Virus record (IMG/VR): IMGVR_UViG_3300040758_000214
Location: 32,001-96,000 of that record
DNA length: 64,000 bases
Strand: one strand, 5' to 3'
From: a virus
In this document: positions 39,822-49,936 of the stretch, in pieces
Numbering within the stretch: the first letter of the stretch is position 1
Layout: the number at the start of each line of letters is the position of its first letter
Notes under the pieces: model-generated
Databases searched by the model: none
What the model saw: the letters and a program-made list of their open reading frames with translations, nothing else
What the model was told of the DNA's origin: nothing
Program-made: the position numbers and the translations under genes

Positions 39822-40544
39822 TCATATGAACTCCAAAACTATACTTTCTGTAAATGGTTTAATATAATAATCAAAGTACTTTTGTTTATCAATATCATCA
39901 GTACATAAAATATTAGCAGTTGATTGTGTTATTTCAATTTCTCCATATCTTTTTAAGAATACATTAAATTTATTATCATCTATTGGAATACAGAATAATA
40001 ATGGATCTTCTGAATATAAAAGTTCATCTTTAATTTTTTGTAAACTTTTAAATAATGAAACTTTATCAAGATAATTTATATTTAATATTTTCTTATACAT
40101 ATTATCCATTTCAGAATATTTATGAGAAACTCCTTTAACAAAATATTGATTTTTATCTTTGGCAATATATTTAGATCTATCTATAGAAATTATAAAAACT
40201 TCAAATACATTTTTCAATTCTAAATTTAAGTGATAATCAGTTTTAGTTAATAATCTCTTTATTATAATCCCATCATATTGCCTTATGATTAAATCATCTT
40301 CTAAAATTTCATTTCTCAATAAATATTCTGAAATTGTAGAATTGGTAATATCTCTTAGAACAGAAGTTATTTTTGGATTATCTCGCATCAACAAACCAAT
40401 TTGTGTATTTCTCACTTCCTTATCATTTTCATTTATATTCGACATATTAAATCCAAGACTTTTTAATATTGAATAGTGGCAATGAGAAATATCATAAGAA
40501 TATATTTGTTGAAGGAATAGTTTACAGTTACGATTGATTTCCAT
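39822..40544 (-). CDS. divergent family B DNA polymerase-like catalytic module
   Basis: YDIS.C.YSIL (motif A-like), IRQYDGIII (motif C-like), VKG, DKQKYFDYY; no exonuclease domain. Confidence 0.55.
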   Translation of the reverse strand: MEINRNCKLFLQQIYSYDISHCHYSILKSLGFNMSNINENDKEVRNTQIGLLMRDNPKITSVLRDITNSTISEYLLRNEILEDDLIIRQYDGIIIKRLLTKTDYHLNLELKNVFEVFIISIDRSKYIAKDKNQYFVKGVSHKYSEMDNMYKKILNINYLDKVSLFKSLQKIKDELLYSEDPLLFCIPIDDNKFNVFLKRYGEIEITQSTANILCTDDIDKQKYFDYYIKPFTESIVLEFI

Positions 40545-40776
40545 AATCAATTCTTCCAGCTGGGATAACTTCACCTTGTATAATTTTAGGTTCATATGAC
40601 AATTCAGCTTCAACCCAAAAACAATTCACTAATCCATCAAGATCTTCTAACGTATAATCCATACTTTCTTTTTCTGTTTCTTTTGAAGATCCTGCAGATG
40701 ACCATTCACCGTTTTCATTTATTGATACTGCTATTTTTATTTTTGTAGTTGTTGTTTTAACTTTTATAGGTTCCAT
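40528..40776 (-). CDS. hypothetical protein
   Basis: ORF with RBS. Confidence 0.6.
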   Translation of the reverse strand: MEPIKVKTTTTKIKIAVSINENGEWSSAGSSKETEKESMDYTLEDLDGLVNCFWVEAELSYEPKIIQGEVIPAGRIDYGNQS

Positions 40777-40788
40777 GTATTATCCTTT

Positions 40789-41550
40789 CTAATTCTCATT
40801 AAATACATACATCAAAGTATCATCTATTAATAAGAGATGATTAATATCAATAACTCCAATTTCTCTTTCATTAAACCAAGTAACTAAATCTTGATTGGTT
40901 GAAATTTTAGATACATATTTCTGTAATTGTTTATAAAGAAGTTGAGCAGGTTCAATGTTTGCAGGATTAGGTAATTTATTAAGAATACTTTGAGCATCAG
41001 GAAGAACCAATTCAACAACATCTTCTGACTTCTTCATTTTTGTTTTTGCATAAGGAATTAGATTTCCACTCCCATCTTCTATACAAAATACATTTATCAA
41101 TCCTGTTTTAACTCCATATGATTTAATAAAGATATTATTATAAGGAGCTGGTGCACGATAAATAATCCTAAAAATATCATGATTAAATATATTCATTTTT
41201 TCAGGTGAGAAATTCATAACTTTTCTCGATGAAGTTTCTTTGAATATAAATATATCTCTTACTTCTTCATTATCAGCATCTATAGGAAATGAAAAAGCCA
41301 TTGTGTCTCTTGGATCAATTCCCCTTATAGTTAATCTTGTTGAAAATACATGCATTTGTTCAATTCTTGCTTTATTGGATTCAAACCAATCGACTAATGG
41401 GACTGTAGTTAATTGAGGTGCACTTTGATTATTCTCTGTAGTTTCCCTCTGTACTTCAGTTTCTTCTGGTTGAATCATATTCTCTCCCGCGTGATTTGCA
41501 TTAGTATCATCTTCCATATTCTTAATCATCTCAGCTAAATTTTCAGTCAT
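40789..41550 (-). CDS. hypothetical protein
   Basis: Long ORF with RBS. Confidence 0.7.
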   Translation of the reverse strand: MTENLAEMIKNMEDDTNANHAGENMIQPEETEVQRETTENNQSAPQLTTVPLVDWFESNKARIEQMHVFSTRLTIRGIDPRDTMAFSFPIDADNEEVRDIFIFKETSSRKVMNFSPEKMNIFNHDIFRIIYRAPAPYNNIFIKSYGVKTGLINVFCIEDGSGNLIPYAKTKMKKSEDVVELVLPDAQSILNKLPNPANIEPAQLLYKQLQKYVSKISTNQDLVTWFNEREIGVIDINHLLLIDDTLMYVFNEN

Positions 41551-41573
41551 TTTTACTTTCTCCTTTAGGTTAG

Positions 41574-41765
41574 TTAATCAAAATCAGAATCTTCATATTC
41601 TATTCTTCCCTTACATCCATTTGAACTATTTGTAAATCCTGCAGTGCATGGTTCACCATTTTCTGGATATTTTGGTCTAAAACCAGATCGTCTTTCATTA
41701 AGTACAAATTCTTCTTTAGTAACTTTTTTTTCTTCTTGATCATAAAATTTTATAAAATATTTCAT
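41574..41765 (-). CDS. hypothetical protein
   Basis: ORF track. Confidence 0.55.
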   Translation of the reverse strand: MKYFIKFYDQEEKKVTKEEFVLNERRSGFRPKYPENGEPCTAGFTNSSNGCKGRIEYEDSDFD

Positions 41766-42086
41766 TTAGAATCCTTTAAGGCATCAATCTCTCTTTTATT
41801 ACATTCAATTTTAAGTCCATATGGTCTGGTACAACATCCTGGTCTACAATCTAAAACATATCGATCTTCCCAAGGGTCTTTAATTATTTTTTTTAACTTT
41901 ACATTTATGCTCGGCAATAATAATTATATCATTCTTTTCCATATTAATATGATCCTTGACATGGTTGAGCACTAAAACGATTTTTACCATCATTTTTATA
42001 TACAACTTCGTATTCAATTCCTTCAACCATAAATTTCTTACCTATTTCAGGAAGTTTAGGTTTTTCTTTGTCTGACTTTTTAATAA

Positions 42087-42431
42087 TTACTGGTCCATTT
42101 TCCATTTGTTTTTTACTCCTTCCTTCCTCCAATCTTCAGGATTAATATCAGAACATAATTCTAATGCAGCTCCAGCTAAAGCCATAACTTTTACAAGATA
42201 AGCATATGTATCAACCGGAGCTGAATTTTGCTCATCCCATTCCTTACAAGTTAATAACCAATCTGGTAAATCACGACTCCAATTTTCAACGTAACTTCTC
42301 TTAGCTTTTTCCAAATATATTTCAACGAATTGTAAAAATGATGCTACATTAAAACTAGGATTCTTTCCAAATACTTTGTTTTGATATTCTCTTTCTTTCA
42401 CATACAAATCTAATATCGTCTGACAATCCAT
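42087..42431 (-). CDS. hypothetical protein (MazG/dUTPase-like all-helical, tentative)
   Basis: ER.YQ.K.FG...LVKVMALAGAALE. Confidence 0.45.
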   Translation of the reverse strand: MDCQTILDLYVKEREYQNKVFGKNPSFNVASFLQFVEIYLEKAKRSYVENWSRDLPDWLLTCKEWDEQNSAPVDTYAYLVKVMALAGAALELCSDINPEDWRKEGVKNKWKMDQ

Positions 42432-42777
42432 TTATCTCCTTTTCTGATAACACTCTTAGATTTTTTAGTGGTAAATTCTCAATGAAAAAACTTTTAGATT
42501 TTCCTTGTTCTTTTCCTGTTAATACTAAGCATTCAAAATATCTTCTGATATAAGGCGGTGAATAATCATATAAAATTTTTTTATATCTTAAAGTAATTAA
42601 TGCTTTTTGTTTTCTTAAATATTTAGGTATTTTTTCTCTTTGTGTACCTCTAGGATTTGATGTTTCAACAAATTCTACTATATCTCCAACTTTAGTCTTT
42701 CTCGGATTTTCAATTGTATAAATTCTTCCAAACAATATATCTAAAAATGTTTTTAAATTATTAGTGGGTATAAACAT
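42355..42777 (-). CDS. hypothetical protein
   Basis: ORF track. Confidence 0.55.
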   Translation of the reverse strand: MFIPTNNLKTFLDILFGRIYTIENPRKTKVGDIVEFVETSNPRGTQREKIPKYLRKQKALITLRYKKILYDYSPPYIRRYFECLVLTGKEQGKSKSFFIENLPLKNLRVLSEKEINGLSDDIRFVCERKRISKQSIWKES

Positions 42778-42779
42778 AA

Positions 42780-43662
42780 CTATTCCTTTACAAAATCACA
42801 ATAATATTCATAATATCTATTTACTCGATTACTAAACACTTTTCCTCTTATTACATCTTTACTCCCACATATAACATGATTTAAAAGTTCATCACATAAT
42901 AAACAATCTTTACATTTTTTACAACCAGGTAAATTAAATGTTCTATCTGGATATATACCTACATTTTCACCAAACTTAATTATTTGTATACTTTGCATAT
43001 ATTAATCACCTGTATTTAAAGACTGACAAATATATCCAGAATCTGTCTTTGTAAATACTGTTTTAAACTTTTCTATTTTTTTAGATCCACATATAATGTG
43101 TTCTACAAGTTCATCAACAAAAATAGCATCTTTACATTTTTTACATTGAGAAAAATCTTCAAGAAAATCAGCAGGCCATACCTCATTTTCCCATTCTATA
43201 GCTTGTATAGTTTTCATAATCAATCCTTAGTATTTAAATAGAAACACTTATAATGCCTACAATCATCATCTAATTTAAATACTTTATATTTTTCTATCTT
43301 TTCAGATCCGCATATAATATGGCCTATAAGTTCATCAATGAGAATAATATCTTTACAATTTTTACATTCAAAAATAAACTTCATTCCATCATAAATAGGA
43401 AAAACTTTATTATTCCATTTAACGAATTGAATAGATTTCATAATTAATCACCAGTATTTAAATAATTACAAATATAGTCGCCATTCTCATCTAATTTAAA
43501 TATACTACAATTTTTTATCCTTTGAGACCCACATATAACATGTTGTATAAGTTCATCTACAAGAATAGCATCTTTACATTTTTTACAATGGCTACAACAA
43601 TCATGATTGTATCTAATACTTTCAATTTTATTATCCCATTTTGCATATTGTATAGTCTTCAT
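42780..43662 (-). repeat. tandem array of four paralogous ~72-aa Cys/His proteins (42780-42998, 43002-43223, 43220-43441, 43444-43662)
   Basis: Shared M(K/Q)(T/S)IQ, CKxCKD, DEL..H.ICGS, YxC; ~221-bp period. Confidence 0.9.
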
Positions 43663-43664
43663 AA

Positions 43665-44078
43665 TTAATCACCAATATTAAATTTCTTCAAAGTTCCTTT
43701 GATGTTTTCTTCTAATTCTAATTTGACCATATCATTAAAGACATCAATTCCTTGCTCAGTAAATTTAATTAATTCGTATAGAAAGTTTATTGTAATTTGG
43801 CAATATTGTTCTGGTGTTAATTTTACTATTTTTTGTTTGTCTGGCTTCTGGTTCCAAATATAACTATTACTTAATTCACTTTCAAATTCATTTTTTGGGT
43901 ATAATGTTGAAACTTTTTGATCCCTTAAATCTATAGAACATTCTAAATTATTACTTCATGCTACTTTCATATTTTCGGATATATTTTTAAATATATCTAA
44001 TAAATCAACTCCAACGCCTTTACCAACTAAACTCGGATACATCAAAGAAAGATAATCTATTCCAAAATCAGGATTCAT
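43665..44078 (-). pseudogene. 138-codon reading frame with a single in-frame TGA (43956-43958)
   Basis: GAGGAG RBS, ATG at 44078; frame open to TAA at 43665 except codon 41; exactly fills the intergenic gap. Confidence 0.65.
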
Positions 44079-44089
44079 AAGTTACTCCT

Positions 44090-44404
44090 CTACTCAATTT
44101 TATATTTTTCAAATATAATTTTTATTGATTGTTTAATTTCTTCTATGGCAGGACTTTGTAAAATATCATTTTCACAATGTAATAATTTTTCCATTAAATC
44201 TACCATAAAATATCTTAATTCATCCAGGTCACCTTTTAAAGTTCCACCGTATCTATTCTTTATAATAGATACTTTATATTTACCATCATTATTAAAATTA
44301 CGTCGAATTCCAAAAACTAAATCTGAACTATACATTTTTTCAGTTGATGTAGATCTTTCGCCAGTATCAATAGCATAATCACCGTGAATCATAATACTCT
44401 CCAA
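44090..44404 (-). CDS. hypothetical protein with DnaB C-terminal-like motif
   Basis: SDLVFGIRR...SIIKNRYG; no Walker A. Confidence 0.4.
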   Translation of the reverse strand: MESIMIHGDYAIDTGERSTSTEKMYSSDLVFGIRRNFNNDGKYKVSIIKNRYGGTLKGDLDELRYFMVDLMEKLLHCENDILQSPAIEEIKQSIKIIFEKYKIE

Positions 44405-45259
44405 TCATAAGTACATTAATCCTGACAATCCTCCTTCTATTCCTTTCCAATTAATTGCAATTGCTTCTGATGGATGTATTGATTCCTCATGGGTACATTT
44501 TACTAACCAATCAAGAATATTATTATTTGTATCTAAAGAATGACTTATCTTTCGGATTGAGTCTTCTACAAACATTGGATTCTCAGCGGCAATTCTTGCT
44601 ACTTCTTGTTCATCAACTCTTTTTAAAATGGGATAAGGAATTGTTTTTACAGAATCTTCGGTATTACAAATTAATTCTTCTAACCATACTATTTGAGGAA
44701 GATTAACTTCAACTAAAATTTCAGCATAACATCTTTGAGCATGAGGAAATCCCATAGATCCAGTTGATTCTAATGCAGCACAAAGAGATGCAGAACATGG
44801 GCAATATGAAGCATATTGAACTTTAACTTTTTCAAAGAATCTAAATGATTTATCAGTCAATCTTCCTTCAAATGAACATTCATAAAATTGTGGAGCACAA
44901 TGATCACTTAATGGAGATTTTTTATTTAATTGTAAGTCAAATTCAAATTTGATAAAACTATCTGTATCATCATTAACATTTAATTTAAAATCTTCTAAAA
45001 TAGCATGTAATGTTTGATGTTTTAATGGTTCATTTAAATAAGGGATTAAATTTCTATGTAATCTTGACATCGAAATTCCCTTTGTATCTTTATTTAAATT
45101 TGTTGTCATATTCACTTTAGCTACAACTTCATGTTGACCTGTAAAATATGATTCTAGTTTAATTGGAACTCTTACATTTTGTACTCCAACTTGATAGATA
45201 GGAATTTCAATTTCTGGTTTACTACATTGAATGTCCGGTAAATTTTTCATGTTATTCAA
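44405..45259 (-). CDS. folE2: GTP cyclohydrolase IB (FolE2)
   Basis: LPDIQ, VGV, KGISMSR, SYCPCS, HAQR, LKRVDE, NPMFVED, EESIH. Confidence 0.92.
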   Translation of the reverse strand: MNNMKNLPDIQCSKPEIEIPIYQVGVQNVRVPIKLESYFTGQHEVVAKVNMTTNLNKDTKGISMSRLHRNLIPYLNEPLKHQTLHAILEDFKLNVNDDTDSFIKFEFDLQLNKKSPLSDHCAPQFYECSFEGRLTDKSFRFFEKVKVQYASYCPCSASLCAALESTGSMGFPHAQRCYAEILVEVNLPQIVWLEELICNTEDSVKTIPYPILKRVDEQEVARIAAENPMFVEDSIRKISHSLDTNNNILDWLVKCTHEESIHPSEAIAINWKGIEGGLSGLMYL

Positions 45260-45278
45260 ATTATTTATCTCCTTTAAA

Positions 45279-45314
45279 AAGTACAGGTTAGGTATTTCTA
45301 TCTAACCTGTACTT
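45279..45314. terminator. hairpin terminator
   Basis: 13-bp inverted repeat aagtacaggttag/ctaacctgtactt. Confidence 0.7.
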
Positions 45315-45360
45315 AAACTAAAAATTAGACGTTCTACACGTACTTTACAATAAATGAATA

Positions 45361-47145
45361 TTAGGATGCATCTTTATCTTTATCGGAGTCGTAGAAATTA
45401 GAAACATTTGTTGCGCCTAATTTTGTAGCACCATAATAAGAATTAATACCTCTTGTTACAGTAAATGCTGCTTTACTCACACCAGCAGCGGTTGCATCAA
45501 AATCAGTAATATTTCCTTTCTTAATTCTAAGAGTCTTTTGAATATCTTCAAGATTCTGATTAGCCCCAATGTATGTGAAAGTCCATTTTCCTGTCTCTTG
45601 TAGAGATTCAATTAAATTTCCAATACTTCTTTGATCTCTATATTTCTTAGAATTATTTTCATCACCATCTGTGAGAATTACAAATAAATAATTTGTATTA
45701 TCACCTAATTCCTCTTTCTGATATTTTTCAACAGTTAATCCAATTGCATCCCACAATGCAGTCATTCCCGCAGGTCGATATGTTTCATAACCAATTTTCT
45801 TTAAATCATCACCAGGTTTTCTCCATAGAATAGGACTTCTTACTGAATTTGAAAAGGTCACTAAGCTTACATGACTTTCAATATCATTTGAATTTTCTTT
45901 TATTGCATCAACCTGTTGATTAAATAAATCAATTATTGGATCTTTAATAGTCATCATAGATCCAGATTCATCTAAAATAATAGCAACTTCATTTCTTGCT
46001 TTTCCCGCCCTTACTGCATAATAAGATTCAGAAACTTCTTGTGTTGTTTCATATACTCTCTTACGAATTGAAACTCCAACTTCACCTACACCTGGTTGAA
46101 AAAGAACCATTCTATCCCACTTAGTTCGTTTTCCAGTTTGAATATAATCTCTTTCCCACTTTACATTTTCAAGCCATGTTGGAAGTTTATCATTACCATT
46201 ATTATCCTTCCCAAATTTATGATATGCAAACTCTACTGTGCGAGTTGCAAAAGTCAATTTAGGGATAATTGTGTATGTTAAGAATCTTCTACGATTTGAT
46301 AATTCAATCAACATTTCTTGATTATGCTCATATGTAGGATATGTTGAATTATTATCAGGGACATCTATTGCGACTTCAAAACTCTGAATTTTAATCTTTT
46401 TACCAGGAATTTTTTCAGATGCAGCCCATTCAATTCCAGCTCCATCAGGATATTTTATTCCCTCTTCCAACATCTTTTTGACTTCTGAGAAATAATATTT
46501 TGATTCCTCAGAAAGTCTATTGATTAAAGCTTTCGTCATAAAATAATACTGTCCGTAGAAGCTTATCCATCTATTTGGATGTATAAATTCATTGAAGTGA
46601 ATTTTATTTCCATCACATATATTGTTCTCAAGAAGGAATTTATTTTCTTCAGCGTTCTCGATGAATTGTAGGTCACTCCACCCTTCATGCCACATTCCAT
46701 CAAGATCTGTAATACTGAAGTTCCTATAATCTCCAACATTTTCACTTGTAACAACATTCATATCTTTAATTCTCAAACTGAAGGAAAATGTTTCTTTATT
46801 TGCAACAAGATTAAGAACTTGACCATGCCTATTTTCAGTAGAAATAATTCCCTGACCTTCTTTTATTTTTGTTGCTCTCATCGAAGTATATTGGGGTATG
46901 TTAATTACTGCATTACGCTCAGCTAATTCAAACAGAAAGCAGCTTAAGTCTAAATCTGTAGTCTTAGTTCCATCGTCTGGATCGTATGCTATTCCCGGTT
47001 TTCGGGAATGCATATTGTACCGCCACCAATTTACAACTTCTCCAATTATAGGTCTTATATCTTTTGACCTATCAAGAATACATTCCATTACAGAGTTATC
47101 AAGAATTGTCTTTAATGTGGTTGCTACTTTCTTAGTTTTACTCAT
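45361..47145 (-). CDS. protein with C-terminal vWA domain
   Basis: MIDAS ILDESGSM, GMTALWDAIG, ILTDGDENNS, WTFTYIGAN. Confidence 0.85.
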   Translation of the reverse strand: MSKTKKVATTLKTILDNSVMECILDRSKDIRPIIGEVVNWWRYNMHSRKPGIAYDPDDGTKTTDLDLSCFLFELAERNAVINIPQYTSMRATKIKEGQGIISTENRHGQVLNLVANKETFSFSLRIKDMNVVTSENVGDYRNFSITDLDGMWHEGWSDLQFIENAEENKFLLENNICDGNKIHFNEFIHPNRWISFYGQYYFMTKALINRLSEESKYYFSEVKKMLEEGIKYPDGAGIEWAASEKIPGKKIKIQSFEVAIDVPDNNSTYPTYEHNQEMLIELSNRRRFLTYTIIPKLTFATRTVEFAYHKFGKDNNGNDKLPTWLENVKWERDYIQTGKRTKWDRMVLFQPGVGEVGVSIRKRVYETTQEVSESYYAVRAGKARNEVAIILDESGSMMTIKDPIIDLFNQQVDAIKENSNDIESHVSLVTFSNSVRSPILWRKPGDDLKKIGYETYRPAGMTALWDAIGLTVEKYQKEELGDNTNYLFVILTDGDENNSKKYRDQRSIGNLIESLQETGKWTFTYIGANQNLEDIQKTLRIKKGNITDFDATAAGVSKAAFTVTRGINSYYGATKLGATNVSNFYDSDKDKDAS

Positions 47146-47361
47146 TGTAATTCTCCTTTTTGATTTTTGTTTGATTTGTTTTATCCTGCATCATACATTC
47201 TTATATAATATCCACAATTTGAACAACATACATCTCCATCATGCATTGCCATATCATAATTTCTAACTTCTGTTTGAATAGGCGAATCTCCACATTTAGG
47301 ACATTTATCAGGAATTCCCCTTGAGTTTATTCCATGGTTTATTTCCATTAATTATCCTCTT

Positions 47362-47643
47362 TTAAAATGAATGGCCCCAACTTCTCCAACCAAGTTTGAA
47401 ATACTTTAATAAAATATCTCTTACTTCCCCATTTGTAATTGATTTAAATTGAGAACAATCTATATGTCTATGATTTTTATTTGTAGTTTCACACATTAGA
47501 AGTTTATTATTTAAATCTCTTAGAAAAACTATAGCTTTACTATCTTGATCCTGATCTGGATATATCCAAATTGGATTACAGACACGCTCAGAAAGTTGTT
47601 CCATAATCTCTTCTATTAATTTTTCATCTGTTGTTTCATACAT
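47362..47643 (-). CDS. hypothetical protein
   Basis: ORF track. Confidence 0.55.
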   Translation of the reverse strand: MYETTDEKLIEEIMEQLSERVCNPIWIYPDQDQDSKAIVFLRDLNNKLLMCETTNKNHRHIDCSQFKSITNGEVRDILLKYFKLGWRSWGHSF

Positions 47644-47645
47644 AT

Positions 47646-48395
47646 TTATCCTTTCAATGCAGCTAATCTTGATGATACATCTTTTGGTTTTTCATTTTCA
47701 CCAGATGCTTCTTTTAATGCAGCAGATATATTTTCATCTTCCTTTTCTATATCTGATTTAGTTAAAGATTCAACTCTTAAATTAGCAGCTGCAGCTTCAT
47801 TTCTATCTTTATTTGCTTTAGATTGAAAAGAATTTAATACAACATTTAAATCATTTTTATCTGAACTTAATCCTGCTTTTATTTCAGCCGCATCACTTTT
47901 TAATTGAGACCTTTCTTTTTCAATAGATGCTCTAACCATATCTTGTTTTGCTTTATCAATGGCCTTATGTGCAGCTTCCATCTTTACTGTAAACTCTTTT
48001 AAATACGACGCAACCTCATTATAGATTTCTTCAGCTTCTTGACAATCTTGTTTTTCACTATCAACATCAGGTTTAAGTTCTTCAAGTTTATTTAATAATT
48101 CGTTTAAACTCTTTTCAACATTTGGATCTTGTGTTTCATTAAATTTCTTTTCTAAAATTTCAGCAGCTTTAATTCTTTGTTGATATGCTTTTTCTAAGTC
48201 ATTGTATTTATCTTGTTCTTTTTGAAGGTTATTCCTTGCAGTTGCAACCTTTAAACTTAATTCATCAAATTTCTGTTTAAATACTTCCATCTGAGCTTCA
48301 CTGGCAGTTTCAGGATCGAACTTAACAAGAAAACTTGTAAATTCATTTACTCCATGTTTTACTTCTTCACCAAAAAACTTTTTAAGAAATGACAT
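47646..48395 (-). CDS. PspA/IM30 (ESCRT-III superfamily)-like coiled-coil protein
   Basis: Amphipathic MSFLKKFF N-terminus, DPE, long coiled coil, C-terminal VSSRLAALK. Confidence 0.7.
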   Translation of the reverse strand: MSFLKKFFGEEVKHGVNEFTSFLVKFDPETASEAQMEVFKQKFDELSLKVATARNNLQKEQDKYNDLEKAYQQRIKAAEILEKKFNETQDPNVEKSLNELLNKLEELKPDVDSEKQDCQEAEEIYNEVASYLKEFTVKMEAAHKAIDKAKQDMVRASIEKERSQLKSDAAEIKAGLSSDKNDLNVVLNSFQSKANKDRNEAAAANLRVESLTKSDIEKEDENISAALKEASGENEKPKDVSSRLAALKG

Positions 48396-48399
48396 TTAA

Positions 48400-48723
48400 T
48401 TATTCTCCTTCATATTTTATTTGAATTTGTTTTAACTTTTTGATATTAATATTAATTATATCATCATCTCCCATATCTTCAAATACAATTAAATCTAAAT
48501 CCTCAATTATTTCTAAACAAATATCTGCTAATTCATCACCAATACATCCAACTTTAAGAGTATTTGTTTTTTCATTTAATAATAAAACAAATTTATTTAT
48601 TATTTCTTCAAATTGTTTATCATTGAGACCATCAGAATATTCTTCTATTTCCAATTTTTTACTTCGTAATATATTCTCAATATCATCAGGAATATAAACA
48701 ATATAATTTGAAGGATAACTCAT
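48400..48723 (-). CDS. hypothetical acidic protein
   Basis: ORF with RBS. Confidence 0.55.
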   Translation of the reverse strand: MSYPSNYIVYIPDDIENILRSKKLEIEEYSDGLNDKQFEEIINKFVLLLNEKTNTLKVGCIGDELADICLEIIEDLDLIVFEDMGDDDIININIKKLKQIQIKYEGE

Positions 48724-48735
48724 TTATTTCTCCTT

Positions 48736-48981
48736 TTATTTTGGGGCATCTCTATTTGGACCACCAGGAACAGATACTTGAACACTAGAAGCTAATACTC
48801 CATCGCCAATAATTTCTATACGTCCTTCATCATAATATTGTCCATCTATACTTTTACCATCTTTATCTATTTTTGGGACTAAACAATATTGGTCACAACC
48901 ATATAAGTATTGAACTCTAGCTGTGATAATCCCTTCAAAATTTGTGATTTTATCTTTACCAAGTTTGCCCAATTCAATCAT
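48736..48981 (-). CDS. conserved small phage protein
   Basis: D.ITNFEG.ITAR..YLYGC.QY...P...YDEGR. Confidence 0.65.
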   Translation of the reverse strand: MIELGKLGKDKITNFEGIITARVQYLYGCDQYCLVPKIDKDGKSIDGQYYDEGRIEIIGDGVLASSVQVSVPGGPNRDAPK

Positions 48982-48982
48982 T

Positions 48983-49219
48983 TTATTTTTCCCCTTTAAA
49001 TTTATATTCCCATTTATTTTTCCATTTTATTACCAAATTATGATAACTTGAATCATATTCTAAAAGTACAAGTATTTCATTTAAAAGACTTTCTAAATTC
49101 TTTACATAATTTAATTCTCTTTCTATTCTAATATTTTCTTTAGTCTTTATACATTCTTCACAATACTCATCTTCTAAAATAAATTTATTATGATTTGAAC
49201 AATAATATCCATATTCCAT
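48983..49219 (-). CDS. hypothetical protein
   Basis: ORF track. Confidence 0.5.
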   Translation of the reverse strand: MEYGYYCSNHNKFILEDEYCEECIKTKENIRIERELNYVKNLESLLNEILVLLEYDSSYHNLVIKWKNKWEYKFKGEK

Positions 49220-49228
49220 AATATTTCC

Positions 49229-49936
49229 TCATATTACAGTAATGAAAGATGGGTCTAAAGGAATACCTATAAGAATTCTTATGTATTCACCTTCATCATC
49301 ATTTTCTTGACTGACTATACAATACTCTGATACATCTTCATTTATTGCTCTACCATAAAAAACCATTTCATGATCAGTCTCCATTTCATTAGAATTAAAT
49401 GGATCAATTGAAATATGTTCCTTCATGTAAATAGGATCAACTTTTTCTCCTCCATGTTCAGGTAAAGTCCTAAGATATGTAATTCCACCTGGAGTATTAA
49501 AATCTTTATATCCTAAAAGTCCATTTTCATCATTTATCCACATATCCCAATCATTAGAATTTTCTGGATAAACTTCATCTATTACTTTTAAATATAAAAT
49601 TTCAATTATATCACCATTAGCCTTATCTTGAACTAATTGAATCATTGCATCTTGGTCATTTTGATATTGTAAATAAAATCTATAAATCTTAAAATCTCCT
49701 CCTAGATTTATATCAATTTGACCAATAGACACAATCTTTCCTTCACCATTAGGAGTCATAACTAAAAGATTATCTTCTCCAGCTAAGATAAAAGGAGTAT
49801 TATCAATTAATACTCCCCTATCTAAAGCAAAATTTAAAGGAAGATTCAAATCAAATCTTTCTTTTTTCTCTACAAAGAATCCTTTTAATCTTTCCATCTT
49901 TCTTTTATTTGCAGCTTTTAATAATTGTAATATCAT
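49229..49936 (-). CDS. DUF2491 (YjfK-like) protein
   Basis: LPL, SIGQID, IYRFYL, MIQL, W..W, YLR, FYGR, EY..VS, IGIPL pattern; near the PspA-like gene. Confidence 0.65.
   Translation of the reverse strand: MILQLLKAANKRKMERLKGFFVEKKERFDLNLPLNFALDRGVLIDNTPFILAGEDNLLVMTPNGEGKIVSIGQIDINLGGDFKIYRFYLQYQNDQDAMIQLVQDKANGDIIEILYLKVIDEVYPENSNDWDMWINDENGLLGYKDFNTPGGITYLRTLPEHGGEKVDPIYMKEHISIDPFNSNEMETDHEMVFYGRAINEDVSEYCIVSQENDDEGEYIRILIGIPLDPSFITVI

Noticed and set aside
40545-40613. N-terminal extension of ORF 39822..40613
   Set aside because: It overlaps the upstream gene; the ATG at 40544 is the more plausible start.
42780-43662. Diversity-generating retroelement TR/VR pairs
   Set aside because: No reverse transcriptase in the window. 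The copies are whole ORFs diverged throughout, including indels, not near-identical adenine-variant repeats.
44090-44404. Functional DnaB helicase
   Set aside because: Only 104 aa with a KNR-G-like motif and no Walker motifs.
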